Origin: an uncultured Actinomycetes bacterium
GTDB lineage: Bacteria; Actinomycetota; Thermoleophilia; Solirubrobacterales; 70-9
Assembly: GCA_963724745.1 (NCBI GenBank)
Contig: CAVRVU010000002.1
Location: 94,714 to 158,713 of the forward strand
DNA length: 64,000 bases
Direction: 5' to 3'
How positions within the stretch are numbered: the first letter of the stretch is position 1; each line of letters opens with the position of its first letter. The notes beneath the pieces are model-generated. The model was not told the DNA's origin, made no database searches, and saw nothing but the letters and a program-made list of their open reading frames with translations. This document shows positions 49,271 through 58,779 of the stretch, piece by piece. The position numbers were made by a program, and so were the translations under genes.

Positions 49271-49513
49271 ATGAAGCTCGCCAAGCCACGAGCCACGGCA
49301 CTCGGGGTGGAGGCCCGCGGCGCGCTGGCGATCGGCGCCCTCGCCGTCGGCGCCGCCGCGGTCGGCGGCTTCGCGATCGGCCGGCTCAGCGTCGGCCGCC
49401 TGACGATCGGCAAGGCAACAATCGGCCGCCTCGCCGTGAAGCGACTCGAGATCGAGGAGCTGGAGATCGGCCGGTTGACGGTCCGCGAGAGCCCGGAAAA
49501 ACCCGCCCGATGA
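49271..49513 (+). CDS. Small hypothetical protein (80 aa) with reiterated (I/V)GRL motifs
   Basis: Intact ORF with high GC3. AIGRLSVGRLTIGKATIGRLAVKRLEIEELEIGRLTV. Family unknown to me. Confidence 0.45.
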   Translation: MKLAKPRATALGVEARGALAIGALAVGAAAVGGFAIGRLSVGRLTIGKATIGRLAVKRLEIEELEIGRLTVRESPEKPAR

Positions 49514-49530
49514 CAGGGCAATGCGATTCA

Positions 49531-49569
49531 CCTGTTCCTTGTGGGTCCATAGGGCCAAAAAGGAACAGG
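49531..49569. repeat. Hairpin CCTGTTCCTT-N19-AAGGAACAGG, member 3 of the GGAACAG inverted-repeat family. It overlaps the SD region of the downstream gene.
   Basis: Perfect 10-bp inverted repeat. The loop GTGGGTCCATAGGGCCAAA resembles the copy at 929..965. The ATG at 49573 follows 3 nt after the 3' arm. Confidence 0.7.
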
Positions 49570-49572
49570 ACA

Positions 49573-50551
49573 ATGGCCGTGGGGCTCGCTGGCGCGCTGA
49601 TTGCGGTTGTTCTGATCGCCTCGTCCGCCTCAGCCGTCGGGCCCTATCCCGACCTCTCCCCCTGCCTGGTCTTCCCGGACCCACCGGCGTCGCTCTCGCC
49701 CCGCGCTCCCTCGCTTCCGACCGAGGCTGCCTGGAACCAGGACATCTCCGAGGCGCCGCGGGACCCGCGCTCGAACGCCTACATCGCCTACATCAACGCC
49801 CACGGCGGCGACAGCCTGCACCCCGACTTCGGCTCGCCGCGCGCCTACGGGTTTCCCTACTCGGTGGTCGGCGCCGGACACCGGATGCTCCCGGTCCACT
49901 ACACGGCCTACGGCGACGAGAGCGACCCCGGGCCCTTCCCGATCCCGGCCGGCGCCCCGGTCGAGGGCGGCAGCAACAGCGACGGCGACCGCCACGTGCT
50001 CGTCGTCGACCGCGCCGGCTGCAGGCTCTACGAGCTCTACCGCGCCTTCTACGTCGCCAAGCCACGGCCGCACTGGAACGCCGACTCGGGCACCGCCTGG
50101 GACCTGCGCTCCGCTGCCCGCCGCCCCGAGGGCTGGACCTCCGCCGACGCCGCCGGCCTGCCGATCTTCCCCGGCCTCGTCCGCTACGACGAGGTCGCCT
50201 CCGGCCAGCTCGACCACGCGATCCGCGTCACCGTCGAGAGCACCCGCAACGCCTGGGTCCACCCCGCCTCGCACTGCGCCGGCGACAGCTCCGAGGCCGA
50301 GCGCACCGCCGATGGGCCTGCGGCTGCGCCTGAGGGCCGGCTACGGCCTCGGCGGTTTCAGCGGCGCGGCGAAGACGATCGCGACGGCGATGAAGCGCTA
50401 CGGCCTGATCGTCGCCGACAACGGCTCCAACTGGTTCTTCTCCGGGACCAGCGACCGTCGTTGGGACGACGAGAGCCTGGACCGGCTGAAGCGGATCCCC
50501 GGCAGCGCCTTCGAGGTGGTGAAAAGTCTCGCCCCCATCCGTCCATGCTGA
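49573..50551 (+). pseudogene. Secreted conserved hypothetical protein, frameshifted as assembled (about 50285-50310)
   Basis: Signal peptide AVGLAGALIAVVLIASSASA. ORF 49510.. reads to ...HPASHCAGDSS. The continuation PPMGLRLRLRAGYGL...YGLIVADNGSNWFFSG...GSAFEVV is in ORF 50312..50551. Confidence 0.7.
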
Positions 50552-50633
50552 TTTCCCTGCAATGGATCGGGTACCCGATCCATTGAGACCAGTCACGGAT
50601 CAACGAGGGAACAACTCCGAGGAGAGAGGAACG

Positions 50634-51272
50634 ATGGCCGAGACGAAAGCCAAATCGAAAAAGCGATCTACGTCGAAAGCGAAATCGACGCCCAAATCAT
50701 CGAAACCGACGTCGAAATCGTCGAAATCGAAAGCATCGAAAGCCAAACCGAAGTCGGCCAGTAAACCGAAATCGGCAAGCAGCAAAGCGCGCAGTTCGAG
50801 CAACGGCGCCACCGCCTCGAAAACGAGCAGCAAATCGAGGAAATCGCCCTCGAGCAACGGCTCTTCGAGCAAAAGCTCGAACGTCGACGCCGTCCGCAAC
50901 GCCGTTGGGGGCGTCGGCGACAAAGCCAAAAGCGCCGGTAGAAGCGTTGGCAAAGCCGCAAGCAAAGCGAAAGTCCCGCTCGTCGCCAGTGGAGCGGCCG
51001 TAGCTGGAGCCGCTGGTGGTCTCGCTCTGGCCGCCTCCAAGGGAGGCAAAAGGAACGGGCTCGGCAAGGCGATGGCGCGGAGGCCGAAGATCAAGGCACC
51101 GAAGATCAAGGTGGACTCCAAGGACGTCGCCAAGGCGGCCAAGGGGGTTGGGACCCTCAGCGCACAGGTAAGCGAGATTGCAGGCGGTCTCGAGACCGCC
51201 GCGTCGGGGAAAAACGGCAAGCACCGCTCCCCGATCGAGGTCGTTCTGCAGGGACTCACCGCGAGGCGCTGA
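50634..51272 (+). CDS. Lys/Ser-rich low-complexity protein (212 aa) with a hydrophobic Ala/Gly segment
   Basis: GAGAGAGGAACG SD region upstream of the ATG. The N-terminal half is built from reiterated TCGAAA (Ser-Lys) hexamers that use AAA Lys codons, atypical for this genome. Confidence 0.6.
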   Translation: MAETKAKSKKRSTSKAKSTPKSSKPTSKSSKSKASKAKPKSASKPKSASSKARSSSNGATASKTSSKSRKSPSSNGSSSKSSNVDAVRNAVGGVGDKAKSAGRSVGKAASKAKVPLVASGAAVAGAAGGLALAASKGGKRNGLGKAMARRPKIKAPKIKVDSKDVAKAAKGVGTLSAQVSEIAGGLETAASGKNGKHRSPIEVVLQGLTARR

Positions 51273-51342
51273 ACCGGGCAGGCCCTGAGGAGGATGGCTG
51301 CGGCCGCGCGCACGGGACGCGCGGCCGTGAACCGAAACCTCG

Positions 51343-51627
51343 CTACTCCTTCTTCTTCTCGTCTTCGTCGTCGGCGACGGCTTTCTCGTCCTCGGCGTCA
51401 GTCGGGTGGACGATCCGCTGCTTCACCGACCAGTCGACTTTGACGTCGCGATACGTGACGCCGGCCTCGGGCTCCTCAGGAATGTTCTCCCGCTCGACCT
51501 CGGCGTCGGTGTCGTGGCCGGGCTCGCCGTAGTAGGTGACCTTCCTCCTCTCCGGCACCCGCCCGAACTTGACCTCCTTCGCCTTGACGGAGGTGAACAG
51601 GTCGAGGTCGGGACGACGGCCGCTCAT
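51343..51627 (-). CDS. Acidic hypothetical protein (94 aa)
   Basis: ATGA overlap with the upstream gene. High GC3. No family recognised. Confidence 0.55.
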   Translation of the reverse strand: MSGRRPDLDLFTSVKAKEVKFGRVPERRKVTYYGEPGHDTDAEVERENIPEEPEAGVTYRDVKVDWSVKQRIVHPTDAEDEKAVADDEDEKKKE

Positions 51628-52784
51628 GCGGCCGCCGCCTTCTCGACGTCGTGGACGGTGACACGCCCTTCGGCTCCGGTGCCTTCGACATCGTCGATGT
51701 CGACGCCTTGCTCCTCGGCCCTGCGCAGCGCGGCGGCGGTGGCGTTGTGCTTCTCCGCCCGCCGCTGTCGCCGCCGCTCGCCCAGCTCCATCGCCTTGTG
51801 CGTCGCGGCCAGGCCAAGCTCTTTGGCCTCGTCCGTCGCTGCGGCGCCGATTTCTTTGGCAACCAGCTTGGCGATCTGTTTGGCGAAACCGCCTGAACCC
51901 CCTTCGCCGTTGCCGCCACCGTCGCCGCCGTTTCCACCGCCGTTGCCTCCCCCGCTGGCCAGGCTCGCCAGACCGCCGAGCGCGCCGGCTCCTTGGCCGA
52001 GACCGCCGGCGGCCTGCCCGGCGCCCTCGCCGACCTCCCCGACCGCTTTGCCAGCTCCGCCGCCAACGTCTTCGACCGCTCCCCCGGCACCTTTGCCGAC
52101 GTCTTTGACGGCGCCCTCGGCGCCCTGGCCGACGTCCTCGACCGCGCTGCCGGCGCCTTCGCCGATCTGACCAACCGCTTTGTTCGCACCCTCGCCGACT
52201 TCGCCGACCGCTTTCCCTGCGCCCTCGCCGACCGGCTCGAGCGTCTTGCCGATGCTCTTCAGCACGTCGGGGTTGCGGTCGAGGGTGGTCAGAACCCGGT
52301 CGATGATCGCGGTGACGTGGTCGAGTCGCGCCCGCAAGAGCACCTGCGCTTCCACTCCTTTGATGTCGAGCTCGACCTTGCCGAGCTCGACGTGGACACC
52401 GACGCTCAGTTTGACCAGATCGAGAACTTCCGCGTGCAGCGCGACCCGGGCCTGGAGGTCGTCAAGCTCGAAGTGGATCTCGTCCACTTTGACGACGGGG
52501 ATATCGACGACGACGTCGGGCTCGTCGGTGTCGCTGATTTCGCCCGGATCGATGACCGTGTAGTCCTCATACATCCGCTCCGGCACGGTCTTGTCGTCAC
52601 CCTGGTTGCGACTCCTGCCTTTCTGCCCGTCGCCGTCAGAGCCCTGTTTTTCCTTCTGTGGGGTCGGGCTTTTGTTGCGCCCGCTGCCCTCGGTGCTCTG
52701 CCGTACCGATTTTTTCTGTTTGCCCTGGGAGGCTTTCGATTTCGACCGGTTGCGGTCGCTTTTCCGCTTGGTCAGCTGGGCCAT
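51624..52784 (-). CDS. Repeat protein: basic N-terminus, beta-rich core, eight 11-residue G-x-G-A-x-x-A-V-x-x-V repeats, Gly-rich linker, C-terminal peripheral-subunit (E3)-binding-like domain
   Basis: GEGAGKAVGEV GEGANKAVGQI GEGAGSAVEDV GQGAEGAVKDV... The C-terminus LRRAEEQGVDIDDVEGTGAEGRVTVHDVEKAA resembles the PSBD of 2-oxoacid dehydrogenase E2. Confidence 0.65.
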   Translation of the reverse strand: MAQLTKRKSDRNRSKSKASQGKQKKSVRQSTEGSGRNKSPTPQKEKQGSDGDGQKGRSRNQGDDKTVPERMYEDYTVIDPGEISDTDEPDVVVDIPVVKVDEIHFELDDLQARVALHAEVLDLVKLSVGVHVELGKVELDIKGVEAQVLLRARLDHVTAIIDRVLTTLDRNPDVLKSIGKTLEPVGEGAGKAVGEVGEGANKAVGQIGEGAGSAVEDVGQGAEGAVKDVGKGAGGAVEDVGGGAGKAVGEVGEGAGQAAGGLGQGAGALGGLASLASGGGNGGGNGGDGGGNGEGGSGGFAKQIAKLVAKEIGAAATDEAKELGLAATHKAMELGERRRQRRAEKHNATAAALRRAEEQGVDIDDVEGTGAEGRVTVHDVEKAAAA

Positions 52785-52873
52785 CGCCCCAACACCTCTC
52801 TCCGTTGAATTTCCCTTCCCTTAGAGAAGTTTTTCCCGTTATGAGGAGGCGCAAACGGCGGCGCAGCAAGAAA

Positions 52874-53026
52874 TCAGCGATGGCGCCGGCGACCGCCGGA
52901 AACCAGGCGCCAGGCTCCCCCGACGACGTAGATGACGGCGAAGGCGATGGCCAGGCCGATCGCCCCGAGGACGAGGAGGAAGAGCATGAAGGCGAGGATC
53001 GCCAGCGGAACCAGCAGGAGTTTCAC
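52874..53026 (-). CDS. Small membrane protein (about 50 aa), first gene of the 52874-51343 operon
   Basis: High GC3. Two TM segments LLLVPLAILAFMLFLLVLGAIGLAIAFAVIYVV. The start codon is uncertain (GTG). Confidence 0.4.
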   Translation of the reverse strand: MKLLLVPLAILAFMLFLLVLGAIGLAIAFAVIYVVGGAWRLVSGGRRRHR

Positions 53027-53049
53027 GCCCACGTAGTCTTGCAACGGCG

Positions 53050-53769
53050 ATGGGTTCGACGACAGCAGTCCTCCAGGTGACGATCGCACTGCTCGGCGCC
53101 AGCGGCGGCGACCATGCCGTGACCGCGTTGAGCGGCGGCTTGGCGATGGTCGAAGCCCGCCACGAGATCGAAGCCGCCCCGGCCGGCCGGGCCCAGCCGG
53201 CGAGGAGAGTGAAGCTGCCGAGCGCCGAGGAAATCGCCGCCGACCCGACGTCGCTTCCGCCCGCCTCGGCGGGCAGCAACGGCACCCATGTCCCCCACAG
53301 CTCCTCGGGGGTCAGCCGCGCCGAGATCTTCGCCCACCGGCGAAGCGGAACCGACCCGGGCTCGACGGCAATCCTCCTCACCGGGGTCGCGCTTGCCCCA
53401 CCGCGGGCGCCGGAAGCGGTCCAGGGTGCGATCAACGCCGCCAACACGATCGTTGGACGCCCCTATGTATGGGGCGGCGGCCATGGCTCTTTCTACGACG
53501 ACTCCTACGACTGCTCCGGCGCGGTCAGCTTCGCCCTCTTCGGTGGCGGCCTGATTCCGCGGCCGCTCGCCTCCGGCGACCTGATGCGCTGGGGCGCACC
53601 CGGGCGCGGCAGGTGGATAACCGTCTACGCCAACGCCGGGCACGCCTTCGTCGAGATCGCCGGCCTGCGCTTCGACACCGTCGGCGCCGAACAAGGGACC
53701 GGCCCCCGCTGGCACCTCGCCACCGCCTCGACCGCCGGCTTCGTCGCCCGTCACCCGCCCGGTCTGTAG
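53050..53769 (+). CDS. NlpC/P60-family (C40) cell-wall peptidase
   Basis: YVWGGGHGSFYDDSYDCSGAVSFAL (catalytic Cys context) and ...GHAFVEIAG... (His). The start is uncertain. Confidence 0.75.
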   Translation: MGSTTAVLQVTIALLGASGGDHAVTALSGGLAMVEARHEIEAAPAGRAQPARRVKLPSAEEIAADPTSLPPASAGSNGTHVPHSSSGVSRAEIFAHRRSGTDPGSTAILLTGVALAPPRAPEAVQGAINAANTIVGRPYVWGGGHGSFYDDSYDCSGAVSFALFGGGLIPRPLASGDLMRWGAPGRGRWITVYANAGHAFVEIAGLRFDTVGAEQGTGPRWHLATASTAGFVARHPPGL

Positions 53770-54065
53770 CGACGGGGAAACAGAAGGGCCGGCCCCCCAG
53801 GCGAGGGCCGACCCCCTATTGGGTGGCTTGGTGGCTAGCTGCCCTTGGCGATCGAATCCAGGGGCGCCACGCGCTCGGTGTGGAGATCCATCCAATTCAC
53901 CTCCTCCCCGGCTCTGGCTATGTGAGCTAGAGACCGGGTTTTAGTGGAGCTAGTTCCACCAATAGATTGGATTCCAGCAACACGCGAAGATTTTTTACAC
54001 GATGTCTATTCAGCGGATACGATCAAGCCCTCGCCAGTAATCAGCCCCTCGATAAGGAAGAGCAA

Positions 54066-54653
54066 ATGTCGACGAAAACGCAGCGACGCAAAGCCACCGA
54101 GAACCGGATCAAAGCGATGAGTCACCCGTTGCGGGCGTCGGTCCTTCGCATCCTTGCCGATCGCACTGCGAGCCCCGCGGAAATGGCAAGGGAGCTCGAG
54201 GAGGAGCTGTCCAACGTCAGCTACCACACCAAACAGCTGGTCGAGTTCGAATGCGCCGAGCTGGTCAGCACCCGACCGGTTCGCGGAGCTCTCGAGCACT
54301 TCTACCGGGCGACCGAGCGCCACCTGATCGATGTCGAGGAGTGGGACGAGCTCGACCCGATGGTGGCCGAGAGCATCCTCTGCGAAATCATGCAAAAGAT
54401 GCTCGACGACTTCGTCGACTCCGCCCGCGCCGGGGTGATCGGGGCTGACGACAAGTTCCACCTCACCCGCACGCCGCTGGTACTGGATCAGGAGGGATTG
54501 CGGGAAGCGCTCGAGGCGCACGAACGCGCCCGGGAAGAGCTGTTGGAAATCGAGGTGCGCAGCGCCGCCCGAATGGTGAACTCGGGCGAGGAGGGCACCA
54601 ACGTCACCAGCTCTCAGGGCTGCTTCAAGATGCCGAACCCGAAGGGGCGCTAG
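54066..54653 (+). CDS. ArsR-like winged-helix transcriptional regulator with a C-terminal helical extension
   Basis: IKAMSHPLRASVLRILADRTASPAEMARELEEELSNVSYHTKQLVEFECAELV. Confidence 0.7.
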   Translation: MSTKTQRRKATENRIKAMSHPLRASVLRILADRTASPAEMARELEEELSNVSYHTKQLVEFECAELVSTRPVRGALEHFYRATERHLIDVEEWDELDPMVAESILCEIMQKMLDDFVDSARAGVIGADDKFHLTRTPLVLDQEGLREALEAHERAREELLEIEVRSAARMVNSGEEGTNVTSSQGCFKMPNPKGR

Positions 54654-54946
54654 AACCGGCGTCACTTCGCAGCAAGGGGGAACCGCATCCGGGCCTCGGT
54701 CCCCTCTCGCCTTCCTAAACGATCTTCAGCTCCGCTGCAAGGCGGGCGATGATGCGCAGGCTCGGCGCCAGGAACCCGGACCGAAGCGGCCCTTCACGTT
54801 CAAAAAATCCAATCTGTAGAGGACGTATCGTCGCCGTTGTCCAGACTGGCAAACAGCGGAATACCGAACTTAAGTCGGTTGGACGGATTGTCGATGTAAG
54901 CGGGAATCCAGAGCGTCCGCGCTCGCCACCGAACGAAAGAGACCCC

Positions 54947-55417
54947 ATGCACCACCTCACCAGTAAACGGGCGCTGGTCGCGCTCTCCAGCATCGCTGTC
55001 CTGGCCGTCGCCGCCGTCGCCTACGCCTACTTCACGAGCACCGGCTCGGGAACTGCCACCGCGAAAGTCGGCACCAGCTCAGCGATCACCCTGAAAGGAA
55101 CCGTCGCCGGCAACCTCTACCCCGGTTCCTCATCGCAGGTTTCCTTCACCGTCGACAACCCATCCAGCGGGGCGCAGCGGGTCGGGACGATCACCCTGAC
55201 CGGCATCACCGTCGACGCTGGCCACTCGACCTGCAGCGCGGTCATCACCGGCGGCAGCCCCGACTTCTCGATGCCGGCCGTCGCCGTCAACGCCACCTTC
55301 CCGTCCGGGAACGGACAGGCCGTGACGCCGAAAGGCACGCTGACGATGAACGACACCGGCGTCAACCAGAACGCCTGTCAGGGCGCCGAACTCACCCTCG
55401 CGCTCTCGAGCAACTAG
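54947..55417 (+). CDS. Secreted protein with a TasA/alternate-type signal peptide (AYAYFTSTGSG) and one beta-sandwich domain
   Basis: ALVALSSIAVLAVAAVAYAYFTSTGSGTA matches the SipW-cognate / alternate-type signal-peptide pattern. C-terminal NQNACQGAELTLALSS. Confidence 0.65.
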   Translation: MHHLTSKRALVALSSIAVLAVAAVAYAYFTSTGSGTATAKVGTSSAITLKGTVAGNLYPGSSSQVSFTVDNPSSGAQRVGTITLTGITVDAGHSTCSAVITGGSPDFSMPAVAVNATFPSGNGQAVTPKGTLTMNDTGVNQNACQGAELTLALSSN

Positions 55418-55435
55418 GCGACCAGAAGCGGCGCA

Positions 55436-56266
55436 ATGCCATGGGGTCGGCATAACGGGAGCTCCCGTGCGACCAGGGCGATCATCGCCCTGGTCGTCGC
55501 GACCGCCTGCCTCGGCAGCGTCGCCTACGCCGCTACTCGTTCCGACGTCATGCGGCTGAAGTCGGGTAAAGCCGGGTCTCCCGCCCGCAGCAAGAGCCAG
55601 GCGCCGCCGCGGCCGCGCTTCATCGAAGTGCCGCCCGCGACCGTCGTTGGCGACGGTTACCAGTTCCGCTTTCACGTCACGGCGCCGCCGACGCAGCCCG
55701 GCACCGGGCGTCCAGAGCCCAGCCACCCCGCTCCGCCTGCGACCAAGTGGCGGCGCTTCCAGTGCCGACTCGACGGAGGCGATTGGGACGGCTGTCCCTC
55801 GCCTTTCGTCCTCCCCCGGCTCAACTCGGGCGATCACGCCTTCGCCGTCCGCGCCCTCAGCCCACGGGGCCGGCCGGGTCCAGCGGCGCACTACCGATGG
55901 TCCCAGCTCGAGCCGAAGGAGCTGACGATCGAGCCGCAAGGGGGCTCGCTCGAGGAGCTGATGCCGGGCGCCCCTCCCCAGCCGCTGCCGGTCCGGATCG
56001 GCAACCCCAACCCGGTGCCGATCGAAGTCACCAGCATCAGCGTCGCCGTCGCCCCGCAGCACCCGGACTGCCCCGGCGACCCGAACTTCGCCGTCACCGC
56101 CGCGAGCCTGACGCCGGCGGCGCCGCTGACGCTCCCCCCGGGGGGAGCCGTCAGCCTGCCGAGCACGGCCGCGCCCACCGTGGCGCTGCGCGAACTGCCG
56201 ATCGACCAGAACGCTTGCCAGGGCACCAGCGTCGACCTGCTCTTCAGCGGTGAGGCCCGCGGATGA
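55436..56266 (+). CDS. Membrane-anchored or secreted protein with a Cys-pair Ig-like domain and a domain related to the upstream gene
   Basis: TM IIALVVATACLGSVAYA. FQCRLDGGDWDGCPSPFVLPRLNSGDHAFAVRA. C-terminal DQNACQGTSVDLLFSG parallels the gene at 54947. 4-nt overlap with the next gene. Confidence 0.6.
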   Translation: MPWGRHNGSSRATRAIIALVVATACLGSVAYAATRSDVMRLKSGKAGSPARSKSQAPPRPRFIEVPPATVVGDGYQFRFHVTAPPTQPGTGRPEPSHPAPPATKWRRFQCRLDGGDWDGCPSPFVLPRLNSGDHAFAVRALSPRGRPGPAAHYRWSQLEPKELTIEPQGGSLEELMPGAPPQPLPVRIGNPNPVPIEVTSISVAVAPQHPDCPGDPNFAVTAASLTPAAPLTLPPGGAVSLPSTAAPTVALRELPIDQNACQGTSVDLLFSGEARG

Positions 56267-58128
56267 AGCGCGCCCGCCTCAGCGGCGTCGCGGGTTTCGC
56301 GGTGGCCGTGGCGGCCGTCCTCCTCGTCGGCAGCGCGGTCGCCTACTTCTCTGCCAACGGCACCGGCAACGCCGCCGCCGCGGTCACGAAACTGACCGCG
56401 CCGACGATCACCGCCGCGACCCCGGCCTCGGGTGGGGCCGTCACCCTCACCTGGAGCGCAGTAACGCCCCCCGGCGAAGGCCCGGTGAGCTACTACGTCA
56501 CCCGCGACGGCGGCGAACCAGCCGGCAACTGTCCCGGCAAACCGGCACCGGGGGCCGTCACAACCTGCGTCGACGGCGCCGTTCCGATCGGCGAACACAC
56601 CTATGAATTGACCGCCGTCTGGCGCACCTGGGAAGCGACCAGCAGCGGCAAAACGGCGAAAATCACGGTCGGAACCGTCGTCGCCTTCACCGTCGCGGCC
56701 AGCGCGGCGAGCATCACCGCCGGCGGCTCGAGCAACCTGACGATTACCGCCAAGGACGAAAAAAACAACACCGTCACCACCTACACCGGCTCGCACTCGC
56801 TGATCTTCTCCGGCGCCAACGCCGCCCCCAGCGGCACCAAACCGACCGTCTCCAACAGCTCAGGGACTGCGACCAACTTCGGCACCGCGACGGCGATCAG
56901 TTTCACCACCGGCGTCGCCACCATCTCCTCGACCAAAAACGGCGTGCTCCGGCTCTACCAGTCCGGTACTGCCAGCATCGTCGCCACCGAGGGGTCGATC
57001 ACCACCCCCAGCCCCCCGACGATCACCGTCAGCGCCGCCGCCGCCTCCAAATTCGTCCTCGCGGCGGACTCGGCGACGCCGGGGGCGGGCGTCGTCGACA
57101 ACCTGACGACCACGGCCCAGGACACCTACGGCAACACCGCGACCTCATACACCGGCGTCCACAGCCTCGTCTTCTCCGGCGCCTCCGCCAGCCCCAACGG
57201 CAACACTCCGACGGTCAGCGACTCGACCGGCGCCGACGTCGCCTTCGGCGCAGCCACCGGGGTCGAATTCACCGCCGGAGTGGCCAAAGCCAGCGAAGCC
57301 GACGGCGGCGGGATGAAGCTCTACAAGAGCGGCTCGACCCCCGTCAAAGCGACCGAAGGGGCGATCACCACCCCGACGGCGGTGACCGTCACCGTGGCGG
57401 CCGCAACGGCGACCAAGCTCGTCCTCAGCTCCTCGACGCTGACGCCGGTGGCGGCGACCGGCTTCAACCTGACGACGACCGCCCAGGACACCTACGGCAA
57501 CACCGCCACCGGATACACCGGCTCGAAGAACATCACCTTCGCCGGCGCCACGGCGAGCCCCAGCGGGGCCCTGCCGACGGTGGTCAACGCCGCCGGCACC
57601 GTGGTCAACTTCGGGACGGCGACGGCGCTCACCTTCACCAACGGCGTCGCCACGCCGGCCTCCTCGAAAAACGGCTTCACCAAACTGAACAAGGTCGAGA
57701 CGGCCAACGTCACCGCCAGCGACGGCACGATCTCGACCGCGGCCGCCGTGGTGCTGACGGTCTCTGCCGGCGCCGCCAACCGCGTCGCCCTGCTCGAAGT
57801 CAAAGCCAGCGCCGGGACGATCGGCTCCCCCTGCTACTTCAGCTGCGCCATCACCTCGCTCGGCAACTCCGGAACCGTCAAAGCAAAGGCCGCGATCAGC
57901 GACAGCGTCGGCAACGTCATCTCCAACCTCGCCGCCAAAACGGTGACGATCACCGCCACCGCCGGCGGCACCGTCACCGGCTCCCCGCTGACCACCGCAG
58001 CCACCGGCCCGGCGATCTCCACCGCCGAATTCACCTACACCGCGCCCGCGACCGGCAGCTTCAGCAACCACACGATCACCGCCGCCTCGACCGGCTACAC
58101 CAGCGCCACCGCAACCGTGAGCAAATAG
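56263..58128 (+). CDS. Secreted protein with an alternate-type signal peptide (AVAYFSANGTG), an FN3-like domain and at least 4 Big/invasin-like Ig repeats
   Basis: FAVAVAAVLLVGSAVAYFSANGTGNA. Reiterated ...LTTTAQDTYGNTAT.YTG...FSGA.A.P.G..PTV... units. Confidence 0.7.
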   Translation: MKRARLSGVAGFAVAVAAVLLVGSAVAYFSANGTGNAAAAVTKLTAPTITAATPASGGAVTLTWSAVTPPGEGPVSYYVTRDGGEPAGNCPGKPAPGAVTTCVDGAVPIGEHTYELTAVWRTWEATSSGKTAKITVGTVVAFTVAASAASITAGGSSNLTITAKDEKNNTVTTYTGSHSLIFSGANAAPSGTKPTVSNSSGTATNFGTATAISFTTGVATISSTKNGVLRLYQSGTASIVATEGSITTPSPPTITVSAAAASKFVLAADSATPGAGVVDNLTTTAQDTYGNTATSYTGVHSLVFSGASASPNGNTPTVSDSTGADVAFGAATGVEFTAGVAKASEADGGGMKLYKSGSTPVKATEGAITTPTAVTVTVAAATATKLVLSSSTLTPVAATGFNLTTTAQDTYGNTATGYTGSKNITFAGATASPSGALPTVVNAAGTVVNFGTATALTFTNGVATPASSKNGFTKLNKVETANVTASDGTISTAAAVVLTVSAGAANRVALLEVKASAGTIGSPCYFSCAITSLGNSGTVKAKAAISDSVGNVISNLAAKTVTITATAGGTVTGSPLTTAATGPAISTAEFTYTAPATGSFSNHTITAASTGYTSATATVSK

Positions 58129-58165
58129 CCGGCGCAGGGTCGCGGCTGGAGATCCGAAGGACCGG

Positions 58166-58585
58166 CTAGGAGGAGCCGGAGCGCGAATGGGCGGTGAACG
58201 GCACGACCTTTCGCGTGCAGCCCGGCAGCCCCGTGGTTTCAAGGCTGACGATCTGACCCTTCACCTTGCCGGGCGCTACGAAGTCGCCTTCGAATTCGAG
58301 GCGGTTGGGAATCACCGCACCGCCAAAGTGCCCGTCTTCGTCAATCGCCAACCGAGCTTTCCGCAGCCGGACACTCTGCTTCCCGCAAACCACCTCGCGG
58401 AAGGTCACCTTGATGTTGATCACCGCCCCGCCGTCGACGCCGAAGTAGACGTAGAAGCCTTGGTTGGTCTTCCCCTTCCAGCCACCTTCGGCCGGCCCGG
58501 CTTCCGCGGCATTGGCCAGACCCCCACCGCAGAGCAACAGCAGGCAGGCCGCCAGGAGGAGCCGAGAGCTTGTGATGCGTTGCAT
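58166..58585 (-). CDS. Secreted hypothetical protein (about 139 aa)
   Basis: Signal peptide MQRITSSRLLLAACLLLLCGGGLANA from the ATG at 58585. The 156-aa ORF in the track starts further upstream. Confidence 0.6.
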   Translation of the reverse strand: MQRITSSRLLLAACLLLLCGGGLANAAEAGPAEGGWKGKTNQGFYVYFGVDGGAVINIKVTFREVVCGKQSVRLRKARLAIDEDGHFGGAVIPNRLEFEGDFVAPGKVKGQIVSLETTGLPGCTRKVVPFTAHSRSGSS

Positions 58586-58667
58586 GGCAGACAATCCTAA
58601 GTCTCTACTCCGCAAACGTGGAGAAAGAGTGAGCAAACCTCAGCCGACGTCGATCTGATCGCCGAGG

Positions 58668-58772
58668 GCCGAAAGGTGTCTAGCAGGGCGAATCTGGCCC
58701 GATAGAGCCGATCAGGTCCAAGGAGTTCGGCTGAGTTCGCTGGAGTCGGGGACCAATTTCGGGCCAAATTTT
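58668..58772. repeat. Island end-repeat, copy 1 (no tRNA fragment attached)
   Basis: AAGGTGTCTAGCAGGGCGAATCTGGCCCGATAGAGCCGATCAGGTCCAAGGAGTTCGGCTGAGTTCGCTGGAGTCGGGGACCAATTTCGGGCCAAATT aligns with copies 2 and 3 with scattered substitutions. Confidence 0.8.
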
Positions 58773-58779
58773 CCTAGCC

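Noticed and set aside
52785-53400. A c-di-AMP (ydaO-type) riboswitch upstream of the NlpC/P60 gene, as is often seen in actinobacteria
   Set aside because: I could not find the conserved ydaO core elements. The region has high GC3 in the NlpC/P60 frame from 53050 and a small minus-strand membrane ORF before that, which leaves no room for a ~130-nt aptamer.
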